From: a virus
UHGV virus genome: UHGV-1366609
Length of the DNA: 29,779 nucleotides
Strand: one strand, 5' to 3'
A model generated the notes under the pieces. That model worked only from the letters and a program-made list of their open reading frames with translations, had not been told where the DNA came from and made no database searches. This document shows positions 8,921 to 17,817 of the stretch, one piece after another (position 1 is the stretch's first letter; each line of letters opens with the position of its first letter). The position numbers were made by a program, and so were the translations under genes.

Positions 8921-9616
8921 TTACCCCCTGATTTGCTGCGCGTTGACGTCCCAGCCGAAGCCGATTGCCTGCATTTGCCGCGCAATAATTTGGTTAAATT
9001 CCTCGTTGCTCACCCCCAGAAAAACGCGCCCAGGAATATCAATGGTCCATGTGCGTTTTGAGGGTGTGCCTTTCAGTTTTCGAATCAGTAATCCCGCCTG
9101 GGCCATGCTCATGGTTTCCATGATTTGCCTGCTGGACGGTTTAACCCAGCGCTTGCCCTTGCGGGTTTTGTAGCCCAGCGCCCGCAGGCGCTTGGCCTGT
9201 CTCGGTAGCGCGGGCTTGTCAGCCTGCGGCTTGCGCGGGGCGTTACTGGCTTTCATCTGGATCCGTGCGCCATCCTGCTGGACCGCACCGACCAGACCCG
9301 CCGCAATGGGCTTCGTCCCGTTCCGGTAGTTCCCGCCCTTGAGGTAAATTCTTACCCCCTGAATCTCCGGCATTTCACGCACGGCCAGTAGCTTGGGCAG
9401 CCCTTTTAACATCTTCCCTTTGCCACGCTTGCGCGGCTCCCACGGCGTACCGTCCGGGGCCGCCTGCTGGCGCTGGTGACGTTTTGCCGCTGTGACAATG
9501 CCCAGCTTTGCAATACGCCATAAAAGGCGCTGGCGCTTGCGCGGGGGAAGGTCAGCTTTTGCCAGCGTTTCCCGCATCTGCTTTAGCTGTTGCTGGTTCA
9601 GTTCCCCACGGATCAC
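8921..9616 (-). CDS. Virion morphogenesis / tail completion protein (P2 gpS / Mu G-like)
   Basis: 231 aa, very basic. Block QQAAPDGTPWEPRKRGKGKML resembles the PDGxxWxP signature I associate with the gpS family. Confidence 0.55.
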   Translation of the reverse strand: MIRGELNQQQLKQMRETLAKADLPPRKRQRLLWRIAKLGIVTAAKRHQRQQAAPDGTPWEPRKRGKGKMLKGLPKLLAVREMPEIQGVRIYLKGGNYRNGTKPIAAGLVGAVQQDGARIQMKASNAPRKPQADKPALPRQAKRLRALGYKTRKGKRWVKPSSRQIMETMSMAQAGLLIRKLKGTPSKRTWTIDIPGRVFLGVSNEEFNQIIARQMQAIGFGWDVNAQQIRG

Positions 9617-10089
9617 GACGCGTCACCACGCTGGACAATAAATTCCAGTTGCGACGCCTCCCAGATTTCGGGGTTTACGATGTCCCATTTCTTACCTTTG
9701 AAGGGGATCGGCCCTTTTTCCACTTCACGCAGGACCAGCGGATCAACCAGCGGGACAACCACATCCAGAATGCATGACCCTTCGTCGTCGAACTCCGGGT
9801 CCACGGTGGGATCGGCTAACTTCAGCTCGTCGCGCAGCTCGTTGGCGAACTCATCCACCCAGGCCAGCACCAGGGCATAAATCAGCCCCGGCGAATATTT
9901 GCGGTAGGGGAAGTCATCCCACGACAAACGGGCGGTATAAGTCAGCACCCCGATCCGGCGCTGGTTGTTTCCCATCGCTTTGGCGCTGCGTACCAGCTCG
10001 CAATCCTCCATTGAACTGGAAAACATCTGCATGGCATCAGGCGGCAGGTTTGCCGTAATAAACGCCGTCAGGCTTTCAAGCTGGCTCAT
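9613..10089 (-). CDS. Head-tail joining / tail completion protein (R-position), function uncertain
   Basis: 158 aa acidic ORF, ATGA-coupled between the L-like and S-like genes. No specific motif recognised. Confidence 0.35.
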   Translation of the reverse strand: MSQLESLTAFITANLPPDAMQMFSSSMEDCELVRSAKAMGNNQRRIGVLTYTARLSWDDFPYRKYSPGLIYALVLAWVDEFANELRDELKLADPTVDPEFDDEGSCILDVVVPLVDPLVLREVEKGPIPFKGKKWDIVNPEIWEASQLEFIVQRGDAS

Positions 10090-10559
10090 ATCAGATGCAC
10101 CCCCACGCGTGGTTGTCGCAGCATGTTTCGCATCACGTTGGCCGCCTCGGCCAGCAGGCTGGCGCGGGTGTCCTGGCTTTCCTGCCCCGGATGCGATTCA
10201 CGTCGCCCGATGGTGGCAAACTCCCCCAGCAAATCGGCCTTTGCGCGGGCGTAGACCGCTTTTTTGTACTGGGCTGTTAACTGGGTTTCATCGCCCATCT
10301 TTGCACCCGGTACATCTGCGGCCCGCTCGCAGGCTTTCGCGTTCCAGTACGTCACCACGTCGGCCAGCGCGTCGTTTACCTCCGCAATAGCGGCCAGCAG
10401 GGCCACGCCCGCGGTTTCTGGCGGCAGATCAGCGGGCAACGTGCGCACCTTCTGAAACTCGGCCAGATCGAGATCGGGCCAGAATGTCACGCCGTTGGTG
10501 ATCGCTGTTGGCGTCACCGTCACCGGCTTACCGCTGATACTGAAACTTGGGCCACTCAT
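10086..10559 (-). CDS. L: Head completion/stabilisation protein (P2 gpL-like)
   Basis: Start placed at ATG 10559..10557 (MSGPSFSISGK...) with GAGGTG 7 nt upstream; the longer track ORF would run through the intergenic palindrome. Position directly after the M gene; contains QYKKAVYARAKADLLGEF. Confidence 0.55.
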   Translation of the reverse strand: MSGPSFSISGKPVTVTPTAITNGVTFWPDLDLAEFQKVRTLPADLPPETAGVALLAAIAEVNDALADVVTYWNAKACERAADVPGAKMGDETQLTAQYKKAVYARAKADLLGEFATIGRRESHPGQESQDTRASLLAEAANVMRNMLRQPRVGVHLI

Positions 10560-10610
10560 TGACACACCTCGGTTTTGCAATAGAAACGGGCTAACGGGTT
10601 CCACGGCCAA

Positions 10611-10624
10611 CAACCATATGGTTG
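10611..10624. promoter_or_regulatory. Perfect 14-bp palindrome CAACCATATGGTTG in the M-L intergenic gap
   Basis: Read directly; identical to its reverse complement. Followed by a small GC hairpin TCCCG-GCTTG-CGGGA at 10643..10657. Confidence 0.4.
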
Positions 10625-10661
10625 ATGCCTCCCCCGCGCCCGTCCCGGCTTGCGGGAGTCG

Positions 10662-11366
10662 TTAAAGCTGGGTCAGGCCGTTAATCCGGGCGCGGATTTT
10701 TTCGCGCATGGTCTTAACTCCGACGCTTTTGTTGTACGCCGCCGCCTGGGCCAGAAGGGCGTCGGCCTGTTCCAGCGTATTCACATCATCCACGGCAGTG
10801 GCACGCGGCTGCCCCTTCTCGTCGCGCAGCAGATAAAGACCGGCGAACTTGAACCACTTCGCGTTAATGTCTTCGTGCAAACGCCACTTTTCGCGGATGT
10901 TTTCAAACGTGCGGCTGAAATAGGGTTCGATGCTGTGACCGGCTTCCGCCTGCATGATCGCCCACTCCAGCACCGTGTCGGCCACAAAGGCGGGCAGGTT
11001 GCTTTTGAAGTTCTCCGGCGTGGCCTGGCTCTCACTGATAGCCACGTCTGCCCAGTCCAGCGCCTTGCCCATTTCCCCCGTATCGAACAACCAGATCACG
11101 CAGTAAACCAGGGCCGGATTGGCAAAGCGGGCATCACCGGCGAGGTATGCTTCAACGGTCGGCATCCAGCGCGGCAGAAGAACATCGCGCTTCAGTTCGA
11201 TGCGGTCTTCCGTGCGCTGTACGCTGCGAAGCATTGCGACATCTTTTTCCAGTTCCAGCTTTTGCAGGTGGAAGCTGACCGGCGACGCGGTCAGGGCTTC
11301 GCGGTTATCCAGCGCCTTTGCGGCTTTCACGCGTGCTCGGTGTCGTTGACACAGGGTCATAGCCAT
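10662..11366 (-). CDS. M: Terminase small (endonuclease) subunit, P2 gpM-like
   Basis: 234 aa, directly downstream of the major capsid gene in the O-N-M-L order. Confidence 0.7.
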   Translation of the reverse strand: MAMTLCQRHRARVKAAKALDNREALTASPVSFHLQKLELEKDVAMLRSVQRTEDRIELKRDVLLPRWMPTVEAYLAGDARFANPALVYCVIWLFDTGEMGKALDWADVAISESQATPENFKSNLPAFVADTVLEWAIMQAEAGHSIEPYFSRTFENIREKWRLHEDINAKWFKFAGLYLLRDEKGQPRATAVDDVNTLEQADALLAQAAAYNKSVGVKTMREKIRARINGLTQL

Positions 11367-11368
11367 TT

Positions 11369-12400
11369 TTACGCGCCTCCCTCCGGTGCTACCGGATCGG
11401 CTGCAAGGGTGATCTTGTCGAACGCTGCATACAGCTCGTCATGCTCGACGGCGTAACCTTCCATGCGCAGATAGTTGTTTTCAAACTGCTTGCGGTCGTC
11501 GCTCCAGTCGGCTTTACGCTTACGGGTTCCCGACTGCGTATAAATATGCAGGTTGCTCAGGGTGGTAATGATGAGGCGACCTTCTGGCATAAATGGCGGG
11601 GTGTACACCTGCTTGCCAGCAATCTGACGGTTCATCAGCTGCGCCGCGACTTTTTCAGTTGGACGGTCAACCATATTCATCATGGTTGTGGCGTCCATCC
11701 CAATCAGGTCACCGGAAATCAGAACGCAGAGGTTCGGGTCATTGCGGTAATGCTCCAGAATGCAGGTATGCAGCAGGTCAGTGACTGCCGCATCCAGCGA
11801 CACATAATCTGCGCCTGCACCGCCCAGCGTGACCTTATCGGTGATGATTTGGCCTGGCGTACGCGTTTTGACGATCTGGTGCCAGCCGATGTTAACGTCT
11901 TCGCCATTTGGGTTGTTTTCCGGGTCGGTAGTCTCGGCAACACTCACGCCGTTAAACGCCACGCGCAGCATATCCAGCGCAAATTGCTCATTGCTGAATG
12001 CCTGAATCAGCTGGAAGAATTCATCTTCACTGCCGGAGTTTGCCCAGTTGGTCAGCGTGTCATAGTCCAGGAAGGAACCGGAATCCGTTTCCGCGAGAGC
12101 GTAAGTATTACCGCTGACGCCCAGGGAACGGGAAAAACGGCCGCCTTTCTTACGCCCGGTATAAATACCCGGCTTGCCGGTACTGATAACCTGGCCGGTG
12201 GTCTGCTGGACATCTTTCACATTCACCAGGCGCAGGAATTCGGAAGACTCCAGCAGCGCCTGACGCAGCAAGGTTTCTTTCGGTGGCGTGATAGCAAACA
12301 TCTTTGAGGTGTCGCGCACGCCATAAGATTTAGCCAGGGCTGCGGTAAAACTTTGCAGCATTCCCTCGGCGCGGGCTGATAGTTGTTGCGTATGATGCAT
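11369..12400 (-). CDS. N: Major capsid protein, P2 gpN-like
   Basis: 343 aa. C-terminal region GGAGADYVSLDAAVTDLL...LITTLSNLHIY...RMEGYAVEHDEL parallels the P2 gpN C-terminus as I recall it. Confidence 0.8.
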   Translation of the reverse strand: MHHTQQLSARAEGMLQSFTAALAKSYGVRDTSKMFAITPPKETLLRQALLESSEFLRLVNVKDVQQTTGQVISTGKPGIYTGRKKGGRFSRSLGVSGNTYALAETDSGSFLDYDTLTNWANSGSEDEFFQLIQAFSNEQFALDMLRVAFNGVSVAETTDPENNPNGEDVNIGWHQIVKTRTPGQIITDKVTLGGAGADYVSLDAAVTDLLHTCILEHYRNDPNLCVLISGDLIGMDATTMMNMVDRPTEKVAAQLMNRQIAGKQVYTPPFMPEGRLIITTLSNLHIYTQSGTRKRKADWSDDRKQFENNYLRMEGYAVEHDELYAAFDKITLAADPVAPEGGA

Positions 12401-12423
12401 TTTATTTTCCTTAAAACAGGCGC

Positions 12424-13485
12424 TTAAACTAATTCACGCGGTTTTTTGTCGCCCGCTGGCGCATTACCAGGACGACGCGTTCCGTTACTTTCCATCGCTG
12501 ACAACTTGGTCATGACGGTGGTCAGTTGTTCGGACAGGTCGTTCAGCGGGTTACCGGCCTGACGCCCTGCGGAAAGCTCACGGCGGCGGCTGCGGGTACG
12601 CTGACGACGTGCCGGGGCTGCGCTGAATTTTTTCATCGCTTTTGCCAGGTTGGCTTTGGCGACGCTGAATTCTTCCGCTTTGACTTCGTCTTCCGGGTTC
12701 TCTGCAACTTCCTCCGCCAGATCTGCCACTTCGGCGGCAGCGTCTGCGATTTCGTCAGCAATGACGGCCACTTCGTCGGCGGCCTGTTCCGGCGTATCAA
12801 CTTTTTCAGCGTCACCCGCTGCGGCGTCTTTACCGCTTTTAACTAAATCCAGTAATTGCTGGATGAGGGCTTTTAACTCTTCCATTTTTTCTCCGTCGCC
12901 CTCGGTGGGCTTATCAGTGTTTGGCTCTGGCGTTGGCGTAAAATCTTTACTGGCCGAAAATAAACGCGACCAGAAAGAATCTTTTTTATCCGGTTTACTT
13001 GTCTGTAATTTTCCCAAGCTGAATGTTTCCAGACTCCCGCGCTCGGCGTCCTTTTCTTCACCGGCTAAAACGAATTTAAGTTTTTCCGTTCCCAGACTTG
13101 CCGGAATATCAGTCACGGCCAGCCCGAAAAGATATTCACGACCGCTTCCTGCAAAATCAGTGACAAACTCGGCTGACGTAAATAACTTTTGCCCCATACG
13201 GTTGGCATCAATTAAAAATTGATTCGGGATTAACTGGGCATATAACTTCGTGACGTCACCTTCCGTTTCCACTTTCAGCGCGTCCACTTCACCCAGGTTG
13301 CAGGTAAATTCACGCTCGCCGATATCGTATTGCGGGTGGTGCGGCCAAATCATGGCGGTGTAGGTTTTGCGGGAGTAGGTTTCTGCCGCATCAATCAACC
13401 ATTGCGGTTCAATGGTGCGACCGTCCACAGCCTGTCCAGATGTGGCAATACATAGCCAATCCGTGCGGTAATGAGATTGCGGCAT
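12424..13485 (-). CDS. O: Capsid scaffolding protein, P2 gpO-like
   Basis: 353 aa. N-terminal blocks AVDGRTIEPQWLIDAAETY and YLFGLAVTDIPASLGTEKLKF match P2 gpO motifs as recalled; acidic coiled-coil-like C-terminal half. Confidence 0.8.
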   Translation of the reverse strand: MPQSHYRTDWLCIATSGQAVDGRTIEPQWLIDAAETYSRKTYTAMIWPHHPQYDIGEREFTCNLGEVDALKVETEGDVTKLYAQLIPNQFLIDANRMGQKLFTSAEFVTDFAGSGREYLFGLAVTDIPASLGTEKLKFVLAGEEKDAERGSLETFSLGKLQTSKPDKKDSFWSRLFSASKDFTPTPEPNTDKPTEGDGEKMEELKALIQQLLDLVKSGKDAAAGDAEKVDTPEQAADEVAVIADEIADAAAEVADLAEEVAENPEDEVKAEEFSVAKANLAKAMKKFSAAPARRQRTRSRRRELSAGRQAGNPLNDLSEQLTTVMTKLSAMESNGTRRPGNAPAGDKKPRELV

Positions 13486-13662
13486 AACTGACCTTTAATA
13501 ATGAATTTAAATAACAATGATTCGTTCGTGGTGGTCAGTATTGCGAATTGGTTAAAACAGCGCGACCGCTTTATTTCTTATGCATTCGGTTATAAAGAGA
13601 TAGCCACTTTTTACCGATATTTAATTATCAATTCTGCAAAATAATCCCGCCATAATAGCCGC
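13486..13662. promoter_or_regulatory. Divergent late promoter region between scaffold (O) and terminase (P) genes
   Basis: 177-bp AT-rich gap between back-to-back gene starts, the position of the divergent late promoters in P2. No TGT-N12-ACA element found by eye. Confidence 0.5.
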
Positions 13663-15474
13663 ATGGCTAAATATTCCGATGAATTAAAAGAAGCGGCCCG
13701 CACGCTTTATATAAAAAGCTGGTCGCCGAAAGATATTGCGCAGGAACTGAATATTCCACCGCGTACAATTTACCACTGGGCTGACGTCGGGAAGTGGGCA
13801 TCACTGCTGCCTGTCGAATCGGTGGAAAATGTCATCGCCCGCCGTATCGACCAGCTCACCCGCCGCGAGAAAAAAACATCGCTGGAACTGGAGGAACTGC
13901 GCGATCTGATTGCTCACCATGTGAAACTCATGGCGCAGCGCAACAAGCACGCCGAAAAGCTGGCAGAAATTCAGGCCCAGAAAGCGGCTTATGATGGTGA
14001 AGGGTACTGCCTCAGCAGCGCAGGCGGGGAACCAGGGGAAAGAAAGCGCCGGTATAAGAAAAACGACGTTTCCGGTATTACAGCGGAAATGCTCGACACC
14101 TGGGCGCGGGAACATCTCTTCGAGTACCAGTTGCACTGTCGCGAACATAAAGGCGAAGACTGGCGCTTCATTCTGAAAAGCCGACAGGTCGGCATGACCT
14201 ATTATTTCGCCTGGGAGGCATTCGAAGATGCTGTCATTACCGGCGATAACCAGGTCTTTTTCTCTGCAAGCCGCTCCCAGTCTGAAATCTTCCGTGAATA
14301 CATCGTCCAGATCGCCCAGAACCATTTCGACGTGACGCTGACGGGTAAAAATATCCGCCTCAGCAACGGCGCAATACTGCGCTTTTTGTCCACGAACGCC
14401 AGCACCGCGCAGGGCTTTAACGGCCACCTGTATGGCGATGAGGTTTTCTGGATCCCGAAATTCACGCGCCTGCACGAAGTTGCCAGCGCAATGGCAACGC
14501 ATAACAAATACCGAACGACCTACTTTTCGACGCCCAGCGCGAAAACGCACCAGGCTTACCCGGTATGGACTGGCGAAGCCTGGCGCGGGGACGACCCGAA
14601 ACGCAAAGGTGTGAAGTTCCCGAACGACAGCGAAATGCGCCAGGGTATTCTTTGCCCGGACCAGATCTGGCGCTACATCATCACGATGGAAGACGCTATC
14701 GAAGGTGGCCTCGGTGCGCTTGTCGATATTGAACGGCTGCGCAACAAATACAGCCCGACCGCGTTCGCCATGCTCTACATGTGCCAGTTTGTTGACAGTA
14801 AGGACGCGGTGTTCAAGTTCTCCGCGCTTGTCGGCTGCGAAGTGGACCGGGCCACATGGGGCGACTTTGATCTGACCGCTGCGCGGCCCTTCGGCAATCG
14901 CGAAGTATGGGCAGGCTTTGACCCGTCACGATCCGGCGACAACTCCACCTTTGTTTTAATCGCGCCCCCCATAGAGGACGGCGAGCGCTTCCGCGTGCTG
15001 GCCGTCTGGCAATGGCAGGGCTTTAACTTCAGTTGGCAGGCCGACCAGATAAAGCAACTTATGCGCCGCTTTAACATCACTTACATCGGGATCGATACAA
15101 CCGGCATTGGTAAGGGCGTTTATGACCTGGTCAGCAAGTTTGCACCGCGCGAAGCCACACCCATTCTTTACAGCGTCGAAAGCAAAAACCGTCTGGTAAT
15201 GAAGATGATCGACGTTGTCGAGCGTAAACGCATCGAATGGGCAAAAGATGCCGTAGACGAAACGAACAAAGAGCGCGTCGAAATTCCGGCCAGCTTTATG
15301 GCTATCCGGCGCACGACAACCAACAGCGGCAACGCGCTGACGTTTGTTGCCGAACGTTCAGACGCGACCGGCCATGCAGATGTTTTCTTCGCTATCTCGC
15401 ACGCCGTAATTAACGAACCTATCGATCACGAATATGACCGCCCATCGGGCTGGTACTTTGGGAAAGCAGCATGA
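13663..15474 (+). CDS. P: Terminase large (ATPase) subunit, P2 gpP-like
   Basis: 603 aa, divergent from O as in P2; stop overlaps the portal start (ATGA). Confidence 0.85.
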   Translation: MAKYSDELKEAARTLYIKSWSPKDIAQELNIPPRTIYHWADVGKWASLLPVESVENVIARRIDQLTRREKKTSLELEELRDLIAHHVKLMAQRNKHAEKLAEIQAQKAAYDGEGYCLSSAGGEPGERKRRYKKNDVSGITAEMLDTWAREHLFEYQLHCREHKGEDWRFILKSRQVGMTYYFAWEAFEDAVITGDNQVFFSASRSQSEIFREYIVQIAQNHFDVTLTGKNIRLSNGAILRFLSTNASTAQGFNGHLYGDEVFWIPKFTRLHEVASAMATHNKYRTTYFSTPSAKTHQAYPVWTGEAWRGDDPKRKGVKFPNDSEMRQGILCPDQIWRYIITMEDAIEGGLGALVDIERLRNKYSPTAFAMLYMCQFVDSKDAVFKFSALVGCEVDRATWGDFDLTAARPFGNREVWAGFDPSRSGDNSTFVLIAPPIEDGERFRVLAVWQWQGFNFSWQADQIKQLMRRFNITYIGIDTTGIGKGVYDLVSKFAPREATPILYSVESKNRLVMKMIDVVERKRIEWAKDAVDETNKERVEIPASFMAIRRTTTNSGNALTFVAERSDATGHADVFFAISHAVINEPIDHEYDRPSGWYFGKAA

Positions 15475-16532
15475 CAAAGAAACAGCGTAATAATAAAAAA
15501 TTCAGGTCCATGACCGGCAGCAAGGTTGAAACCTTCACGCCAGGGCGCGGAAGCGTGATCACATTTGGCGAACCCGAACCCATCCTTACGACCGGCACTG
15601 ATTATCACAATATCTGGTATGACAATGAATATGACCACTGGCGACTCCCGATTGATCGCCTGGCGCTGGCCCAGTTGCCGAACCTTAACGGCCAGCACGG
15701 TGGGGTACTGTATGCGCGGCGCAATATGGTAGCAGGTGGCTACATCGGCGGCGGCCTGACGCCTGATCAGGTCGAACAGGCTGTCTTTGATTACCTGCTG
15801 TTTGGTGACGTTGCTATCCTGAAAATTCGTAACGTATTCGGGGAAGTGATCGACCTGCTGCCGCTGCCGTCACTGTATCTGCGCTGCCGGAAAGACGGCT
15901 CTTTTGCTGTTCTGCAGGAAGGGCCGGCGCTTATCTATGACCCGGAAGACATCGTCTTCTTTAAAATGTACGACCCGCGCCAGCAGGTTTACGGCCTGCC
16001 GGACTATATCGGCGGGATTCATTCGGCCTTACTTAACAGCGAAGCAACCATCTTCCGACGCCGCTATTACAACAACGGGGCGCATATGGGCTTTATCCTC
16101 TATACCAGCGATCCAAACCTCACGCTGGAAATGGAGAACGAGATTAAAGATAAAATTGCTCAGTCAAAAGGCCTGGGCAACTTCCGCAATATGTTTATCA
16201 ACATCCCCAAAGGCGACCCGGACGGGGTCAAAATCTTGCCTGTGGGTGAAGTGAGCGCGAAAGATGAATTCGCCAGCATTAAGGGAATCACCGCGCAGGA
16301 TATTTTTACCGCGCACCGCTTCCCCGCAGGGCTTGCGGGCATCATCCCGACCAACGGCGCGATAATGGGCGACCCTGAAAAGGCCCGCGCGACCTATCGG
16401 AAAGATGAAGTTATCCCGTTGCAGCGCAAACTAATGCAGGGCGTGAACAACGACCCGGAGATCCCGCCGCACCTGCACCTGAAATTTGAGATTGAAACAC
16501 CGGTAAACAGCGCCGAAAAGGGCGAAAAATGA
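15471..16532 (+). CDS. Q: Portal protein, P2 gpQ-like
   Basis: 353 aa, immediately downstream of and coupled to the terminase large subunit; size and position as P2 gpQ. Confidence 0.85.
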   Translation: MTKKQRNNKKFRSMTGSKVETFTPGRGSVITFGEPEPILTTGTDYHNIWYDNEYDHWRLPIDRLALAQLPNLNGQHGGVLYARRNMVAGGYIGGGLTPDQVEQAVFDYLLFGDVAILKIRNVFGEVIDLLPLPSLYLRCRKDGSFAVLQEGPALIYDPEDIVFFKMYDPRQQVYGLPDYIGGIHSALLNSEATIFRRRYYNNGAHMGFILYTSDPNLTLEMENEIKDKIAQSKGLGNFRNMFINIPKGDPDGVKILPVGEVSAKDEFASIKGITAQDIFTAHRFPAGLAGIIPTNGAIMGDPEKARATYRKDEVIPLQRKLMQGVNNDPEIPPHLHLKFEIETPVNSAEKGEK

Positions 16533-16855
16533 ACGAGATTAAGTTAAAATCATCCCTATTGTTAGCAATGGCGTGCGGGATGGTGAACATGCGAGTTTTT
16601 AAAATTAAATGTCCTGAATGCGGCTCACCGGCCATCATTCGCAAATCTGACTGGAAAGACAAAAAACTGGCTGATTTATACTGCGCCTGCACGGAAGTTG
16701 AATGCGGCCACACCTTTGTTTTTAACGCCCAGTTTTCACATACCCTCAGCCCCAGCGGGCTGACCGGCAACAAGCTGGTTAAATTCCTGATTGACCGACT
16801 CAAGCCGGAAGAACGTCAATTCGCGCTGGACCTGCTCAACGGCCAGACGGCATAA
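16529..16855 (+). CDS. ogr: Ogr/Delta-family zinc-finger late transcription activator
   Basis: CPEC-x22-C-x4-C-GHTF matches the P2 Ogr pattern CPLC-x22-C-x4-C-SATF; downstream SPSG echoes Ogr PLPSG. True start may be the internal Met (MRVFKIKCPEC, about 16589). Confidence 0.7.
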   Translation: MNEIKLKSSLLLAMACGMVNMRVFKIKCPECGSPAIIRKSDWKDKKLADLYCACTEVECGHTFVFNAQFSHTLSPSGLTGNKLVKFLIDRLKPEERQFALDLLNGQTA

Positions 16856-16860
16856 ACGAA

Positions 16861-16886
16861 GCCCGCATAAAGCGGGCTTTTTTATT
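16861..16886 (+). terminator. Rho-independent terminator, probably bidirectional, between convergent ogr-like and methyltransferase genes
   Basis: GCCCGC-ATAAA-GCGGGC hairpin followed by TTTTTTATT, 5 nt after the ogr-like stop. Confidence 0.7.
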
Positions 16887-17601
16887 CGACATCACAAAGC
16901 GCGGTCATGATCGCCAGCCGTTCCGCTGGCGGCAAGGCGGCGAACTTATCCCGCCAGCGTGCCGCTTTACGTTTTATCCTGGCCCGGTCGTTGTAGTCCT
17001 TTCCGGCAAAGGTGTGGGAATAGGCTTTCCCTTCCTCGTAATTCATCCAGATTTTTTCCGTTCGCACGCCGCCCCGCGTCATGGCCTGAAACTCTCGCGT
17101 TCGCCAGCCGGTCAGCGTGCTGTCATAAAGCTGCGACGGGTAGCCAGACAAAATGACACTCACATTTTCCGGCAGTGACATCAGGCAACGTAAAAGGCGC
17201 TCATGATCGGCGACGGTGTATTCATGGCGGTAACGGGCGTGACTGGTGCGCGTTTCCGGCATATATGGCGGATCACAATAAATCAGCACCTTACCCAGCT
17301 TTTCAAAAGACGTAACCCCATCCAGCACGCTAGGCCTTTTGAGACTTTCAAGAAAATACACGGCATCACCATGAAAAAAATCAATGCGTGGTGGCTTCAA
17401 TCCCTTAACCTCCCAACGCTGCATTGTTTGCCGACGTGCTGTTTCATCAAGATCCGCACCGTAATTCCGCTTCGCAGGCGGCTTGAAAAACATCACCGCA
17501 CCGCTGCCCAGATGCGTTTCAATGTAGGTATCATGCGGGGGCATTTCAGCAATGATTTTCTGATAGACCCCGCTGGCCGCTTTACTTCCCAGATAACTCA
17601 T
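16882..17601 (-). CDS. N6-adenine DNA methyltransferase (phage-type Dam-like), orphan
   Basis: 239 aa. HLGSGAV (AdoMet-binding, motif I-like) and LIYCDPPY (motif IV DPPY). No adjacent nuclease-like gene. Confidence 0.6.
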   Translation of the reverse strand: MSYLGSKAASGVYQKIIAEMPPHDTYIETHLGSGAVMFFKPPAKRNYGADLDETARRQTMQRWEVKGLKPPRIDFFHGDAVYFLESLKRPSVLDGVTSFEKLGKVLIYCDPPYMPETRTSHARYRHEYTVADHERLLRCLMSLPENVSVILSGYPSQLYDSTLTGWRTREFQAMTRGGVRTEKIWMNYEEGKAYSHTFAGKDYNDRARIKRKAARWRDKFAALPPAERLAIMTALCDVE

Positions 17602-17640
17602 ACTTTCCCGCCCTCAGCTGGCACGGTCATTCCTGACCTG

Positions 17641-17729
17641 CAGCACTGTTAAAAATGACCGTCCTCGATACAAATGGCCAGCACTGTCAAAAGTGATAGT
17701 GTCTGCCGGAATACACTGTCAGAAATAAC
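17641..17729. repeat. Three direct repeats CAGCACTGTyAAAArTGA-like in the A/methyltransferase intergenic region
   Basis: CAGCACTGTTAAAAATGAC at 17641..17659, CAGCACTGTCAAAAGTGAT at 17679..17697, ACACTGTCAGAAATAAC at 17713..17729; copy 1 is flanked by the inverted pair CACGGTCAT (17621..17629) and ATGACCGTC (17655..17663). Confidence 0.5.
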
Positions 17730-17817
17730 AGCACGGTACCCGCGGGCTCTTTGCCGCCCGCACCCGCAGAATCACGCCAGCCGACGCAACCAGTTGCGAC
17801 GGCCAGCGCGATTGCAT

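Noticed and set aside
10650-12307. Plus-strand ORFs 10650..11456 (268 aa) and 11441..12307 (288 aa)
   Set aside because: Antisense to the terminase small subunit and major capsid genes, which carry clear P2-like motifs on the minus strand.
13801-14550. Minus-strand ORF 13801..14550 (249 aa)
   Set aside because: Lies inside the terminase large subunit gene on the opposite strand; no start context.
17602-17617. P2/186 cos-like GC-rich element as a standalone cohesive-end call
   Set aside because: Match to the remembered cos sequence is only about 13 of 19, and the GAGGG part sits at ribosome-binding-site distance from the methyltransferase ATG, so it may simply be a Shine-Dalgarno region. Kept only as a secondary note in the repeat finding.
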